The translations under genes and the position numbers were made by a program. A stretch of DNA of 32,000 nucleotides, taken from assembly GCA_964354495.1 (NCBI GenBank), contig CAYHAA010000002.1, forward strand, positions 1 through 32,000. The letters are read 5' to 3'. The notes beneath the pieces are model-generated. The model did no database searches. It was not told the DNA's origin and saw only the letters and a list, made by a program, of their open reading frames with translations. This stretch comes from an uncultured archaeon. Lineage in GTDB: Archaea; Asgardarchaeota; Thorarchaeia; Thorarchaeales; Thorarchaeaceae. Every line of letters begins with the position of its first letter. Position 1 is the first letter of the stretch. Shown one piece after another: positions 9,083 to 17,321 of the stretch.

Positions 9083-10762
9083 ATGAGAGAAGACCCATAT
9101 GCGGCTAAACCATGGTTGAAACACTATGACCAAGGTGTACCTGAACACATAGACTATCCTGAAATGAATCTATATGAGATATTGGACAATTCTGCAAATG
9201 AATTCGGAGGTAGTACCGCAATCTGGTTCATGAAAAGAAAGATATCATATAAGGAGTTCAAGGACATAGCTGACCGACTTGCTACTGCACTTCGGAATCT
9301 GGGAGTGAAGCAAGGTGATACAGTTGCAATCATGATTCCGAACTTTCCGCAATATCTATTCAGTTTCTATGGGATTCTGAAAGCAGGCGGGACTGTAACG
9401 GCATGCAGCGTGTTATTGACCGAGCCTGAGCTGGCATTCCAGCTCAATGATTCCGGGGCTGAAACCATCATAGCTTGGGATGCCCAGCTTGAGAAGATCA
9501 GCAATATCAAGGACCGTACGCGACTCAGGAACATTATCATTACTAGTGTTATGGACTTTATTCCAAATGCTCCAAGAGACCCCCCTGAAATTGCGGGAAC
9601 GATGCAGTTTCTGAACTTGATAGGCAAGACAAAACCTAGTCCTCCTAAATTCAAAATCGATCCCAGGAAGACAATCGCAGTGCTCCAATATACAGGTGGG
9701 ACTTCAGGACTCCCGAAAGGAGCCATGCTTACACATCGCAACTTGCTTTCAAACTGTATTGCAGTATACACCTTGGTTTCTTCACAAATGCAACGAGGAA
9801 AGGAAACGGGACTTACTAACTTGCCCCTATTCCATATTTACGGAATGACAGTGTGCATGAATGTTTGGATGTACAATGCTTCTCGGATTGCGTTGAATCC
9901 TGATGCTAGAGATCAGAAATCACTGTTCGAGATTGTTCGAGAGACCAAACCATCGATGTTTCCCGGCGTACCCACGATGTACATGAAACTTCTAGAACGC
10001 GATGACCTCGAGGACTATGCAAAGGACCTGAGGTCAATACGATTCTGCAATACTGGTGCCGCAGCTATGCCTCCAGAAGTCTTGCATGAGTTTGAGAAGA
10101 GAACTGGCTGCGTCGTAATTGAAGGATACGGGCTTACTGAATGCTCTCCAGTCACTCACAGCAATCCTATCAAAGGAACACGGAAAATAGGGTCAATTGG
10201 TGTACCACTTCCAGACACAGAGGTAAGAATCGTGGACACCGATGATTACAGGAAAATCATGCCCATAGGAGAGCAGGGAGAGATAATGATTAGAGGTCCT
10301 CAAGTCATGATGGGCTATTGGAACAAACCAGAGGCTACTAATGACCAAATCAAAGACGGATGGCTTCTGACCGGCGACATAGGGAAAATGGACGAGGATG
10401 GCTACTTCTTCATACTGGATAGAAAGAAGGACATGATCGATGTTAGTGGATTCAAGGTCTATCCACGAGAGGTTGAAGACGTGCTGTTTGAACATGAAGC
10501 CGTTGAGAACGCGGCTGTTATTGGTGTTCCAGACCCAAAACTGAAGGGGAGTGAGCTCGTCAAAGCGTATGTGGTCTTGAAAGAAGGATTCAAGGCAAGC
10601 CCTGAGCTTGAAAAGGAAATTCGAGAGTTTTGCCGAAAAAGTGTTTCACCCTATAAAGTTCCCAAGACGGTTGAGTTTAGAAAGGAACTTCCCGAAACAC
10701 TCGTGGGCAAGGTGCTCCGAAGAGATCTGAAAGAGCAAGAAGCCATGAAGGCAAAACGGTAG
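9083..10762 (+). CDS. Long-chain-fatty-acid/acyl-CoA ligase (AMP-forming, ANL superfamily)
   Basis: YTGGTSGLPKG P-loop, EGYGLTE, TGDIG, DRKKDMI and C-terminal VGKVLRR. N-terminal PWLKHYD is typical of FadD-like ligases. Confidence 0.93.
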   Translation: MREDPYAAKPWLKHYDQGVPEHIDYPEMNLYEILDNSANEFGGSTAIWFMKRKISYKEFKDIADRLATALRNLGVKQGDTVAIMIPNFPQYLFSFYGILKAGGTVTACSVLLTEPELAFQLNDSGAETIIAWDAQLEKISNIKDRTRLRNIIITSVMDFIPNAPRDPPEIAGTMQFLNLIGKTKPSPPKFKIDPRKTIAVLQYTGGTSGLPKGAMLTHRNLLSNCIAVYTLVSSQMQRGKETGLTNLPLFHIYGMTVCMNVWMYNASRIALNPDARDQKSLFEIVRETKPSMFPGVPTMYMKLLERDDLEDYAKDLRSIRFCNTGAAAMPPEVLHEFEKRTGCVVIEGYGLTECSPVTHSNPIKGTRKIGSIGVPLPDTEVRIVDTDDYRKIMPIGEQGEIMIRGPQVMMGYWNKPEATNDQIKDGWLLTGDIGKMDEDGYFFILDRKKDMIDVSGFKVYPREVEDVLFEHEAVENAAVIGVPDPKLKGSELVKAYVVLKEGFKASPELEKEIREFCRKSVSPYKVPKTVEFRKELPETLVGKVLRRDLKEQEAMKAKR

Positions 10763-10795
10763 AACCACTGACGGTTTGCCTTCAGCACTTCAGGG

Positions 10796-11611
10796 TCATT
10801 GCGTCTTGAGAGTGGCGTATTCTCTGGCTTCCTCAAGATGTCTTAGTGCGGCTTGCTTATGCTCACTTCTCATCAATTCATCTTTGATTGTTTTTAGATT
10901 GTCGTAGATATGACGATGAAGTTCAGAACTACTCAATGAAGCAAGATCAATGCTCCAGTCTTTGAACTCACGCAGGTAGTCAATGTCTCGTTTGATGAGG
11001 TATGATTCTTTCATGGGGGGATCATGACCAGCGATGATGAGTCTCCAATCAAGCTCGAGATACGACTCCAGACTTCGAATATACTGTTCAAAACTAGCGT
11101 GATTCAGGTAAGGAATTGGGCTCTCCACATTGTCCCCCACAAAGAGAACTCTATCTCTATCATCAAAGCAGGATGATGAATCAAGAGTATGCCCAGGAGT
11201 ATGGAAAAACGTCACCTCTTCATCCTCAAACCTCAAGCTTTCTTGAAATGTACGAGTGGGTGGTAGCAACTCGACTTTGCCTCTCATATGGTCTGCATAC
11301 TTCACGAGAGACGCCTCGCCCTCAGAAAGGATTCTCTGACGACAATGTTCATGCCCTACAATTGACGCATCCTTGAAGGCACCATTGCCCCAGTAGTGGT
11401 CATAGTCAGCATGTGAATTGAAGACGACTAGGGGCATGCCTGCACATCCCTCATCCTCTATCAGATGATGTACAATCTTCATTGGGTCATTACCAAGAAA
11501 TGTGTCAAGCACAAACACATGTTCATTTCCGAATATGATGTAGACATTGGTAGAATACGGATCGTCAAAAGACACCAATATTCCTCTACTACCTGTTCTG
11601 GATGAACTCAT
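10796..11611 (-). CDS. Metallo-beta-lactamase-fold hydrolase
   Basis: NSHADYDHYWGN, TPGHTLDS, FVGDN and IAGHD metal-binding motifs. Start moved to ATG 11611 (uncertain). Confidence 0.88.
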   Translation of the reverse strand: MSSSRTGSRGILVSFDDPYSTNVYIIFGNEHVFVLDTFLGNDPMKIVHHLIEDEGCAGMPLVVFNSHADYDHYWGNGAFKDASIVGHEHCRQRILSEGEASLVKYADHMRGKVELLPPTRTFQESLRFEDEEVTFFHTPGHTLDSSSCFDDRDRVLFVGDNVESPIPYLNHASFEQYIRSLESYLELDWRLIIAGHDPPMKESYLIKRDIDYLREFKDWSIDLASLSSSELHRHIYDNLKTIKDELMRSEHKQAALRHLEEAREYATLKTQ

Positions 11612-11726
11612 GCCTATCTCACATCTCTTTGAAATCAACTCGACGGTAGGGATTCTTGCGAGAATGTGTTTTCTCTAGGTTTCAACATTCGGATGTGGAC
11701 TATTGGATGACATTCACTTTGAAAGA

Positions 11727-13160
11727 CTAGCTATCAGCGATTCCTGCAAGTTTCTTTGCGATTTTCTTCCTCAGTTCTACATCATACCCTTTCAGGATAG
11801 CGACGTCCTCCATCTGAGGGCTCCCTCCACCATGAAGCCCAGCTACTGCCGCTACACCTCCAATCGAGGAACATAGCATATCTGAGAGAGCTCGGTATAG
11901 TCTGTAGACATCTTCAGACGACACGTCTTCTTTTCGTTTGATGTATTTCTGAAGGAGCGGCCCAATCTTCTTATCATAGAAGTCCTCCTCGGTAGGAAGT
12001 GTTGCAGGTAGTCCTCCTGCTAAATCAGCGAGAATCTCAAGCTCGTGGTAGTAGCTCTTCCCAGCATGCTTTCTACCAACATTGCAGAAGACAGCATCTG
12101 GAATCATCGTCCCTGATTCATCTTTTGATGCCTTATATGCCGCAGCAATTCCAGCCGCGTAGACCAGTTCGCTTACGCTAATCAAATCAGCAAGTTTTGC
12201 CTGCACATGCTTTTTGTCCTCCACTCCATTGTACTCACTTGCCAATGCACTGAAGCCGAGTATTATCTCCGAACTTGCTGGCTTGCATCCAGTATAGCTG
12301 TGTCGATGATAGAGTGCGAAGAGCAGTGCGGCATATCCTCCAAACGCATGTTCTCCTTTGCCTCCACTTAGAAAGACACGGTCGTTTGGAATGAAGACAT
12401 CGTCAAAGATGACGAAATTCTCCACATCTCCCATTTCACCCATTGGACACGCGAACTTCTCACGTTTGTGGCTGGATGCACGAGTAACAAGTTTTACACC
12501 GTCCCAATCGCCAGGAACCGCAAACGCAACAGCATATTGGTCTTCCTCAGGAGTGAGCATTCGTGTAGGAAGAACTATGATTTCCTCCGCCACGGCTGCA
12601 GCTGTTATGTGGTTCTTTGCCCCTCGAACAACAATACCGTCATCGCGATGTTCAATGACTCGTAGGTATAGATCAGGGTCTGCTTGTTCATGAGGTCTCA
12701 GGTTTCTGTTTCCCTTGGGATCTGTCTGTGCGCAACAGCCAACAATGTTGTTCTCTTGCCAATAATCCAGATACTTCACGAATCTCTGATTATAGGGTTG
12801 CCCAGTCATTGCTTCAGCTCGATGAGTGATGATTGACAGTGCATTCATTGCATCAATACCCATACACCGAAAAATGCAGCCCCCGGATTCGCGACATAAC
12901 TTCCTCGTCAATTCTTGTTTCTTTAGAAGGTCATCAACATTTTGATGGATATGTGTGAATCGATTGATTGTTCCAAATTTCCGAGATTCTACATTGAGAA
13001 GATCCTTGAACTCCGGGTCCTCGACTTTATCTAATGTTAGTGCCACAATATGAGCAACTGCTTGAAGGCGCGGGTCACTACGTTTGACATTTTTCCCGCC
13101 AATAATTACATTCGGTTTCATCTGAGAGATTTTCTGCAGATATTCGCTTCCGGTCTTCAC
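11727..13160 (-). CDS. 4-hydroxybutyryl-CoA dehydratase/vinylacetyl-CoA isomerase (AbfD)-like FAD/[4Fe-4S] enzyme (HpaB/AbfD family)
   Basis: TINRFTHIHQ, GCIFRCMG (Cx3C), QTDPKGNR, VRGAKNHIT, HRHSYTGCK and LHGGGSPQ. Homology starts at GTG 13160 (VKTGSEYL), so the 40-aa extension in the ORF track is dropped. Confidence 0.88.
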   Translation of the reverse strand: MKTGSEYLQKISQMKPNVIIGGKNVKRSDPRLQAVAHIVALTLDKVEDPEFKDLLNVESRKFGTINRFTHIHQNVDDLLKKQELTRKLCRESGGCIFRCMGIDAMNALSIITHRAEAMTGQPYNQRFVKYLDYWQENNIVGCCAQTDPKGNRNLRPHEQADPDLYLRVIEHRDDGIVVRGAKNHITAAAVAEEIIVLPTRMLTPEEDQYAVAFAVPGDWDGVKLVTRASSHKREKFACPMGEMGDVENFVIFDDVFIPNDRVFLSGGKGEHAFGGYAALLFALYHRHSYTGCKPASSEIILGFSALASEYNGVEDKKHVQAKLADLISVSELVYAAGIAAAYKASKDESGTMIPDAVFCNVGRKHAGKSYYHELEILADLAGGLPATLPTEEDFYDKKIGPLLQKYIKRKEDVSSEDVYRLYRALSDMLCSSIGGVAAVAGLHGGGSPQMEDVAILKGYDVELRKKIAKKLAGIADS

Positions 13161-13470
13161 GATGAACCACTGCAACACACACGAATCCCTAGTACTTAAC
13201 TTCAACGGAATCCCGACTAATGTCAAGATGCTTGTGACGAATTGTAATCCTGATGATTGTATAGAAAACATAGGGCACAACGTGAAAATACAGGGTTAAC
13301 TTTCTAACCATGCGATTTTGAGTGATTTGGCCCTGAGCAGTATGATGAGGTCAATCTCGAAACCACCCATTCTATTGGCCCTAGAGGTCACATACTCGTT
13401 TTCTGAATCAAAGAAATCTGGATTGTCAACTATGGAGAAAGGGTTTCTGCATACTCAGAAATTGAGTACA

Positions 13471-14079
13471 TTACCAATTTTCATCTTCACCAGTTTCTGC
13501 TTGTCCCCAGTCCTCACCTTCGGCAATTCTTACGACGCCTAATTCCAAGAGCCGATCAAAAGCTTTCTCAGCAGCCTCTTGAATCTGGGGCTCAAACTTT
13601 GCGCCTGTAATCACAAGCTTACCAGACCCGAAGAGGAGAATGACAACCTTTGGATCCCGCATTCTGTAGATCAGTCCGGGGAATTGCTCTGGTTCGTAGA
13701 GAGTGTTTTCAAGCTTCATGGTTGCAAGTTCGAGGTTCAACTCTGCTCCGAGGTTCGCACTGGCAACAATATTCTGAACCGTGATTATTGGTTTTCGGGA
13801 CATGTTGATTCCAGCTTCGTTGACAAGCTTCACGATTTTGTGTACTGCTCGCCTCGCCTCTTTTTCGGACTTGGCGCCGGTGCATACCATCTTGCCTGTG
13901 TTGAATACCAAGGTCGCAGTCTTCGGAGACTTCAGTCTGTATACGAGCCCCGGGAATCGTTCTGGGTCGAACTCCACATTTGGCATCGTCGCCGCTATTT
14001 CGTCCAGGTCGAATGACTGATTGAAAACAACAGATGCAACAACGTTCTCAATTCTAGTGGTCGGTGTTGGTCGGGGCAT
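13471..14079 (-). CDS. tbp: TATA-box-binding protein, downstream paralogue (202 aa)
   Basis: Two TBP repeats: IENVVAS/FPGLVYR/GKMVCTGAK and VQNIVAS/YEPEQFPGLIYR/GKLVITGAK. ATG 14079 is preceded by a GGAG RBS. Confidence 0.96.
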   Translation of the reverse strand: MPRPTPTTRIENVVASVVFNQSFDLDEIAATMPNVEFDPERFPGLVYRLKSPKTATLVFNTGKMVCTGAKSEKEARRAVHKIVKLVNEAGINMSRKPIITVQNIVASANLGAELNLELATMKLENTLYEPEQFPGLIYRMRDPKVVILLFGSGKLVITGAKFEPQIQEAAEKAFDRLLELGVVRIAEGEDWGQAETGEDENW

Positions 14080-14096
14080 GGAAAGGTCTCCGATGT

Positions 14097-14693
14097 CTAC
14101 CAATTGTCTTCTTCTTCTTCCTCGACTTGACCCCAATCTTCACCTTCTGGAATCCTAATCACTCCGAGCTCGAAGAGGCGATCTCTGGCCTTAAGCGCCG
14201 CTTCATCGATCTGGTCCTCGAATTTTGCGCCTGTGATGACGAGCTTGCCTGAACCAAAGAGAAGTATAACGACCTTGGGGTCCTTCATCCTGTATATCAA
14301 TCCTGGGAATTGCTCAGGCTCGTACATGGTATTCTCGAGCTTCATGGCTGCCAGTTCAAGATTCAGTTCAGCACCCAGGCTCGCACTTGCCACTATGTTT
14401 TGCACGGTGATTATTGGCTTACCCGTGACCGCGATTCCAGCATCCTTTAGGTTCTGGACAATTCGGTGCACTGCCCGTTTTGCATCTTTTTCGCTCTTGG
14501 CACCAGTGCAGACCATCTTGCCTGTTCTAAAGACAAGCGTGGCGGTCTTTGGTTTCTTGAGCCGGTAGACAAGACCAGGGAATTGTTCTGGATCAAATTC
14601 AACGTTTGGCATTGTGGCTGCTATTTCGTCCAAGTCAAACGGTTGGTTCACAACAACAGATGCAACAACGTTCTCAATTCTGGTATGGGGCAA
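14097..14693 (-). CDS. tbp: TATA-box-binding protein, upstream paralogue (198 aa)
   Basis: Same two-repeat TBP motifs. About 83% identical to its neighbour by hand alignment. Confidence 0.96.
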   Translation of the reverse strand: MPHTRIENVVASVVVNQPFDLDEIAATMPNVEFDPEQFPGLVYRLKKPKTATLVFRTGKMVCTGAKSEKDAKRAVHRIVQNLKDAGIAVTGKPIITVQNIVASASLGAELNLELAAMKLENTMYEPEQFPGLIYRMKDPKVVILLFGSGKLVITGAKFEDQIDEAALKARDRLFELGVIRIPEGEDWGQVEEEEEDNW

Positions 14694-14714
14694 TGGGCGT
14701 GTAATATGAATCTC

Positions 14715-14768
14715 TCCCTTTTATAGTGAATCGAATGATACATGAGTCCCTTTTAAAGGCGCTATAAA
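14715..14768 (-). promoter_or_regulatory. Tandem TATA-like boxes upstream of the tbp pair
   Basis: Minus-strand CTATAAAAGGGA (14715-14726) and CTTTAAAAGGGA (14747-14758), 32 bp apart, plus TTTATA at 14763-14768. Confidence 0.55.
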
Positions 14769-15007
14769 TGTGACGTATTGTCCAGATGGCAGTATAATCG
14801 GGACGACAAACCTGTGAGAGAGCGTTCCTCAGAAGCTTCTTTTGTCACAGAACAGATTCCCGAACTTGGTATTGCATGAACCGTGTTTCACAACTTTTTA
14901 TTGTTTTGCACAACTATACAGATAGCTAGAAAGAACGTAGATGGATATCAGCTGCCGCATAGCTTAAATGACGATGTCTGTTGCTGTATTGCCTTGAGGT
15001 GTTTTCA

Positions 15008-15529
15008 ATGGCATTTCCAGAAGACACAAACTATTTCCCTGCTGGACCGAAGGCAGTTCGAAGGTCATCAATCACTGAGCTCGAATCGTCGACTCTGTTC
15101 GCACTGATACTGCAGATTGGAGGAGGAGTCTTGGCTCTCTATTATGCATTGCCAAGCGTCATTCTTGCCCCGTTCTTGTCAGGTGTTTTTCCTTGGATAG
15201 TATCACAGAGTTCATACTATGGATTCTTGGTCGTCTGGGCGCTACTGTCGATCATGGCTGTTCTTCAGATTTACCTGGGGTACAAATTGTATAAGATGGT
15301 TCCCGATACAATTAGTAGGGCAATACGGATTGACGTAGTAGTGATTATTCTTTACGGAATCGACGCATTCATTTCGGCGTATGAGAACATCCTGATAGCT
15401 TACCCTACAGTCCTCATTTATCTGGCAGCCAATGTTCTATTAGTCTACCTTCTAAACCTGCAGTCTGTACGGAATGAGCTGGGTGGTAGTGAAAAGCTTG
15501 AATCAGAGTATCAATCATACAGCGGATGA
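15008..15529 (+). CDS. Hypothetical membrane protein (about 4 TM)
   Basis: GAGGTG RBS before ATG 15008, followed by several hydrophobic segments. Confidence 0.8.
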   Translation: MAFPEDTNYFPAGPKAVRRSSITELESSTLFALILQIGGGVLALYYALPSVILAPFLSGVFPWIVSQSSYYGFLVVWALLSIMAVLQIYLGYKLYKMVPDTISRAIRIDVVVIILYGIDAFISAYENILIAYPTVLIYLAANVLLVYLLNLQSVRNELGGSEKLESEYQSYSG

Positions 15530-15681
15530 ATCAGACTGGTCTCAAGGTCAGTTCAACCTCTCGAGGCAAGAAAACTATCAAAATAGTCGATATTCGCGCC
15601 AAAACGACACATATTAGCATGACATATATGTGAAACTCGCAAAAGAAAGCACCAACTCCTTATAGCGTGGAGGGTGAAAAG

Positions 15682-16071
15682 ATGGCAGAAATACCAACAC
15701 CAACTACTGGATATTCCGGGTCTTCGGCTGGAAGACCACTGGGTATCACAATACTGGCCATATTGGAAATCCTTGGTGGACTCCTTAGCATCGTAGGAGG
15801 CTTCGGTCTCGTAACGCTTGCTATGATAGAGCCAATCTTTGGAATGCTATGGCTGGCAATCGGTGCAGTCACACTAATCCTAGGAATTGTCGCCCTGATA
15901 ATAGGTTGGGGACTTTGGTCTCTCAAGTCTTGGGCATGGATGGCAGCCTTGATCATCAACCTGATCAACCTGATTTTGAACGTCCTATCTCAATCTTGGC
16001 TATCGGCAATCATCAACCTGATTATCATCTTGTACCTGCAGCAGAAGGACATTAAGAGCAGGTTCAGATAG
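15682..16071 (+). CDS. Hypothetical membrane protein (RPLGITILAIL-type, about 4 TM)
   Basis: GAGGGTG RBS before ATG 15682, hydrophobic helices, basic C-terminus, followed by a terminator. Confidence 0.82.
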   Translation: MAEIPTPTTGYSGSSAGRPLGITILAILEILGGLLSIVGGFGLVTLAMIEPIFGMLWLAIGAVTLILGIVALIIGWGLWSLKSWAWMAALIINLINLILNVLSQSWLSAIINLIIILYLQQKDIKSRFR

Positions 16072-16099
16072 GCAGTGTGTGCGAAGATTAGTATGTAAT

Positions 16100-16136
16100 C
16101 CGGGTCGAGGATACGACCCGGCATCTCCTTTTTTTT
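16100..16136 (+). terminator. Intrinsic terminator
   Basis: CCGGGTCG-AGGATA-CGACCCGG perfect 8-bp stem followed by a run of 8 T. Confidence 0.8.
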
Positions 16137-16205
16137 ATTCTCTTTGAAGCCCAAGGGATAGTGTTATTTCTCTGTCTCTCCGATTGACTTCAGAAGGTTC
16201 TGTTT

Positions 16206-17072
16206 ATGTTATTGCCGACTGTCATTGTGCATGGAGGCGCTGGGGACTGGAAAGATGAGAGAATTCCACTTGGCATGAAATATGTCGCAGAAGCGGCGAG
16301 GGTGGGTTTTCGGGTTCTTAAGAAGAGCAGCTCTGTATTGGATGCCGCAGAAGCATGTACATTGTTTATGGAAAGCTGCGGAGAACTCAATGCAGGGAAA
16401 GGAGCAAGACCGAATCAAGATGACATCATTGAACTTGATGCGATGATAATAGATGGAAGTAGACTTGACTTCGGATCTGTTGCCGCCATAACTGGCATCC
16501 AAAATCCGATATCGCTTGCACGATACATCATGGAGAAGACGGAGTACAAGTTCTTTGCAGGACCCAATGCCAAGAGAGTCTATGACGAGATGATTGCGCA
16601 GGGCTATAGACGAGAAGAGGAAGGAGGGGCAATAAGACCTCCCGGCACTGTGCAGGGCGCTGACACAGTTGGCTGCATCGTTGTTGATCCCAAGGGAAGA
16701 ATCGCAGTAACATCATCGACTGGGGGCATAAGCAAGAAGAGACCTGGAAGGATAGGCGACTCACCTGTAATGGGTTCGGGTGCATATGCCAACAGCCAAT
16801 GCGGCGCGACAGCAACCGGCTATGGAGAACACATCATGCGAGTTGTGCTATGCAGGATGGTGACACTGTATGTTGAAGAGGGTACAGACCCAATGAATGC
16901 AGCGCGAAAAGGAATTGAGATGTTGCAGAAGAAGACAGGAAGCGAGGCTGGCATCATCGTAGCTGATGCTGAAGGGAATATCGGGTATGCCACTAATGCA
17001 AAAGCAATGCCTGTCGCATTCATACAGGGCAAATTGCGGAGCATGATAACAATAGATTGTTTCAGAGAATAG
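16206..17072 (+). CDS. Isoaspartyl peptidase/L-asparaginase (type 2, Ntn hydrolase)
   Basis: VIVHGGAG, NAGKG, ELDAMIIDG, DTVG nucleophile Thr, TSSTGG..KRPGRIGDSP, ATGYGE. Confidence 0.93.
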   Translation: MLLPTVIVHGGAGDWKDERIPLGMKYVAEAARVGFRVLKKSSSVLDAAEACTLFMESCGELNAGKGARPNQDDIIELDAMIIDGSRLDFGSVAAITGIQNPISLARYIMEKTEYKFFAGPNAKRVYDEMIAQGYRREEEGGAIRPPGTVQGADTVGCIVVDPKGRIAVTSSTGGISKKRPGRIGDSPVMGSGAYANSQCGATATGYGEHIMRVVLCRMVTLYVEEGTDPMNAARKGIEMLQKKTGSEAGIIVADAEGNIGYATNAKAMPVAFIQGKLRSMITIDCFRE

Positions 17073-17100
17073 GTAGTTGCGATTCGTTAGACCCGCCCTT

Positions 17101-17125
17101 GTTGCTACGAAGCGACTCCTTTTAT
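17101..17125 (+). terminator. Putative terminator of the isoaspartyl peptidase gene
   Basis: GTTGCT-ACGA-AGCGAC 6-bp stem (one G-U pair) followed by CCTTTTATT. Confidence 0.45.
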
Positions 17126-17170
17126 TCAATCATTGAGTCTCATTACTTGCGTGGTTAGGTCACTAACCCG

Positions 17171-17302
17171 GACCCAGAACGAGGCTACTGAATCATATTG
17201 CATTGAAGATCACAATCCACTTAGCTTTCTCTCGTTCAGTGCTTGCATCTGGCTCTCACGGTACAAGAGCTCGAGATTCAATATATAGCCTTGTTCTGGG
17301 CC
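17171..17302. repeat. 132-bp inverted-repeat element (MITE-like or structured RNA)
   Basis: Arms GACCCAGAACGAGGCTA (17171-17187) and TAGCCTTGTTCTGGGCC (17286-17302) are 15/17 Watson-Crick complementary, and further internal stems are present. Flanks ACTAACCCG and ACTATCCCA match at 7/9. Confidence 0.6.
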
Positions 17303-17321
17303 ACTATCCCAATAGTTCCCA

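Noticed and set aside
13342-13406. Possible C/D box sRNA (ATGATGA ... CTGA)
   Set aside because: No convincing C'/D' boxes or terminal stem, and no rRNA or tRNA target that I could recognise.
15950-16030. Repeated ATCAACCTGAT units
   Set aside because: These are codons for Ile-Asn-Leu repeats in TM helices, with no spacers, so not a CRISPR or regulatory array.
17100-17321. SECIS element in the trxA 3' region
   Set aside because: No AUGA/GA kink-turn with a proper stem and apical AA, and trxA has no in-frame TGA.
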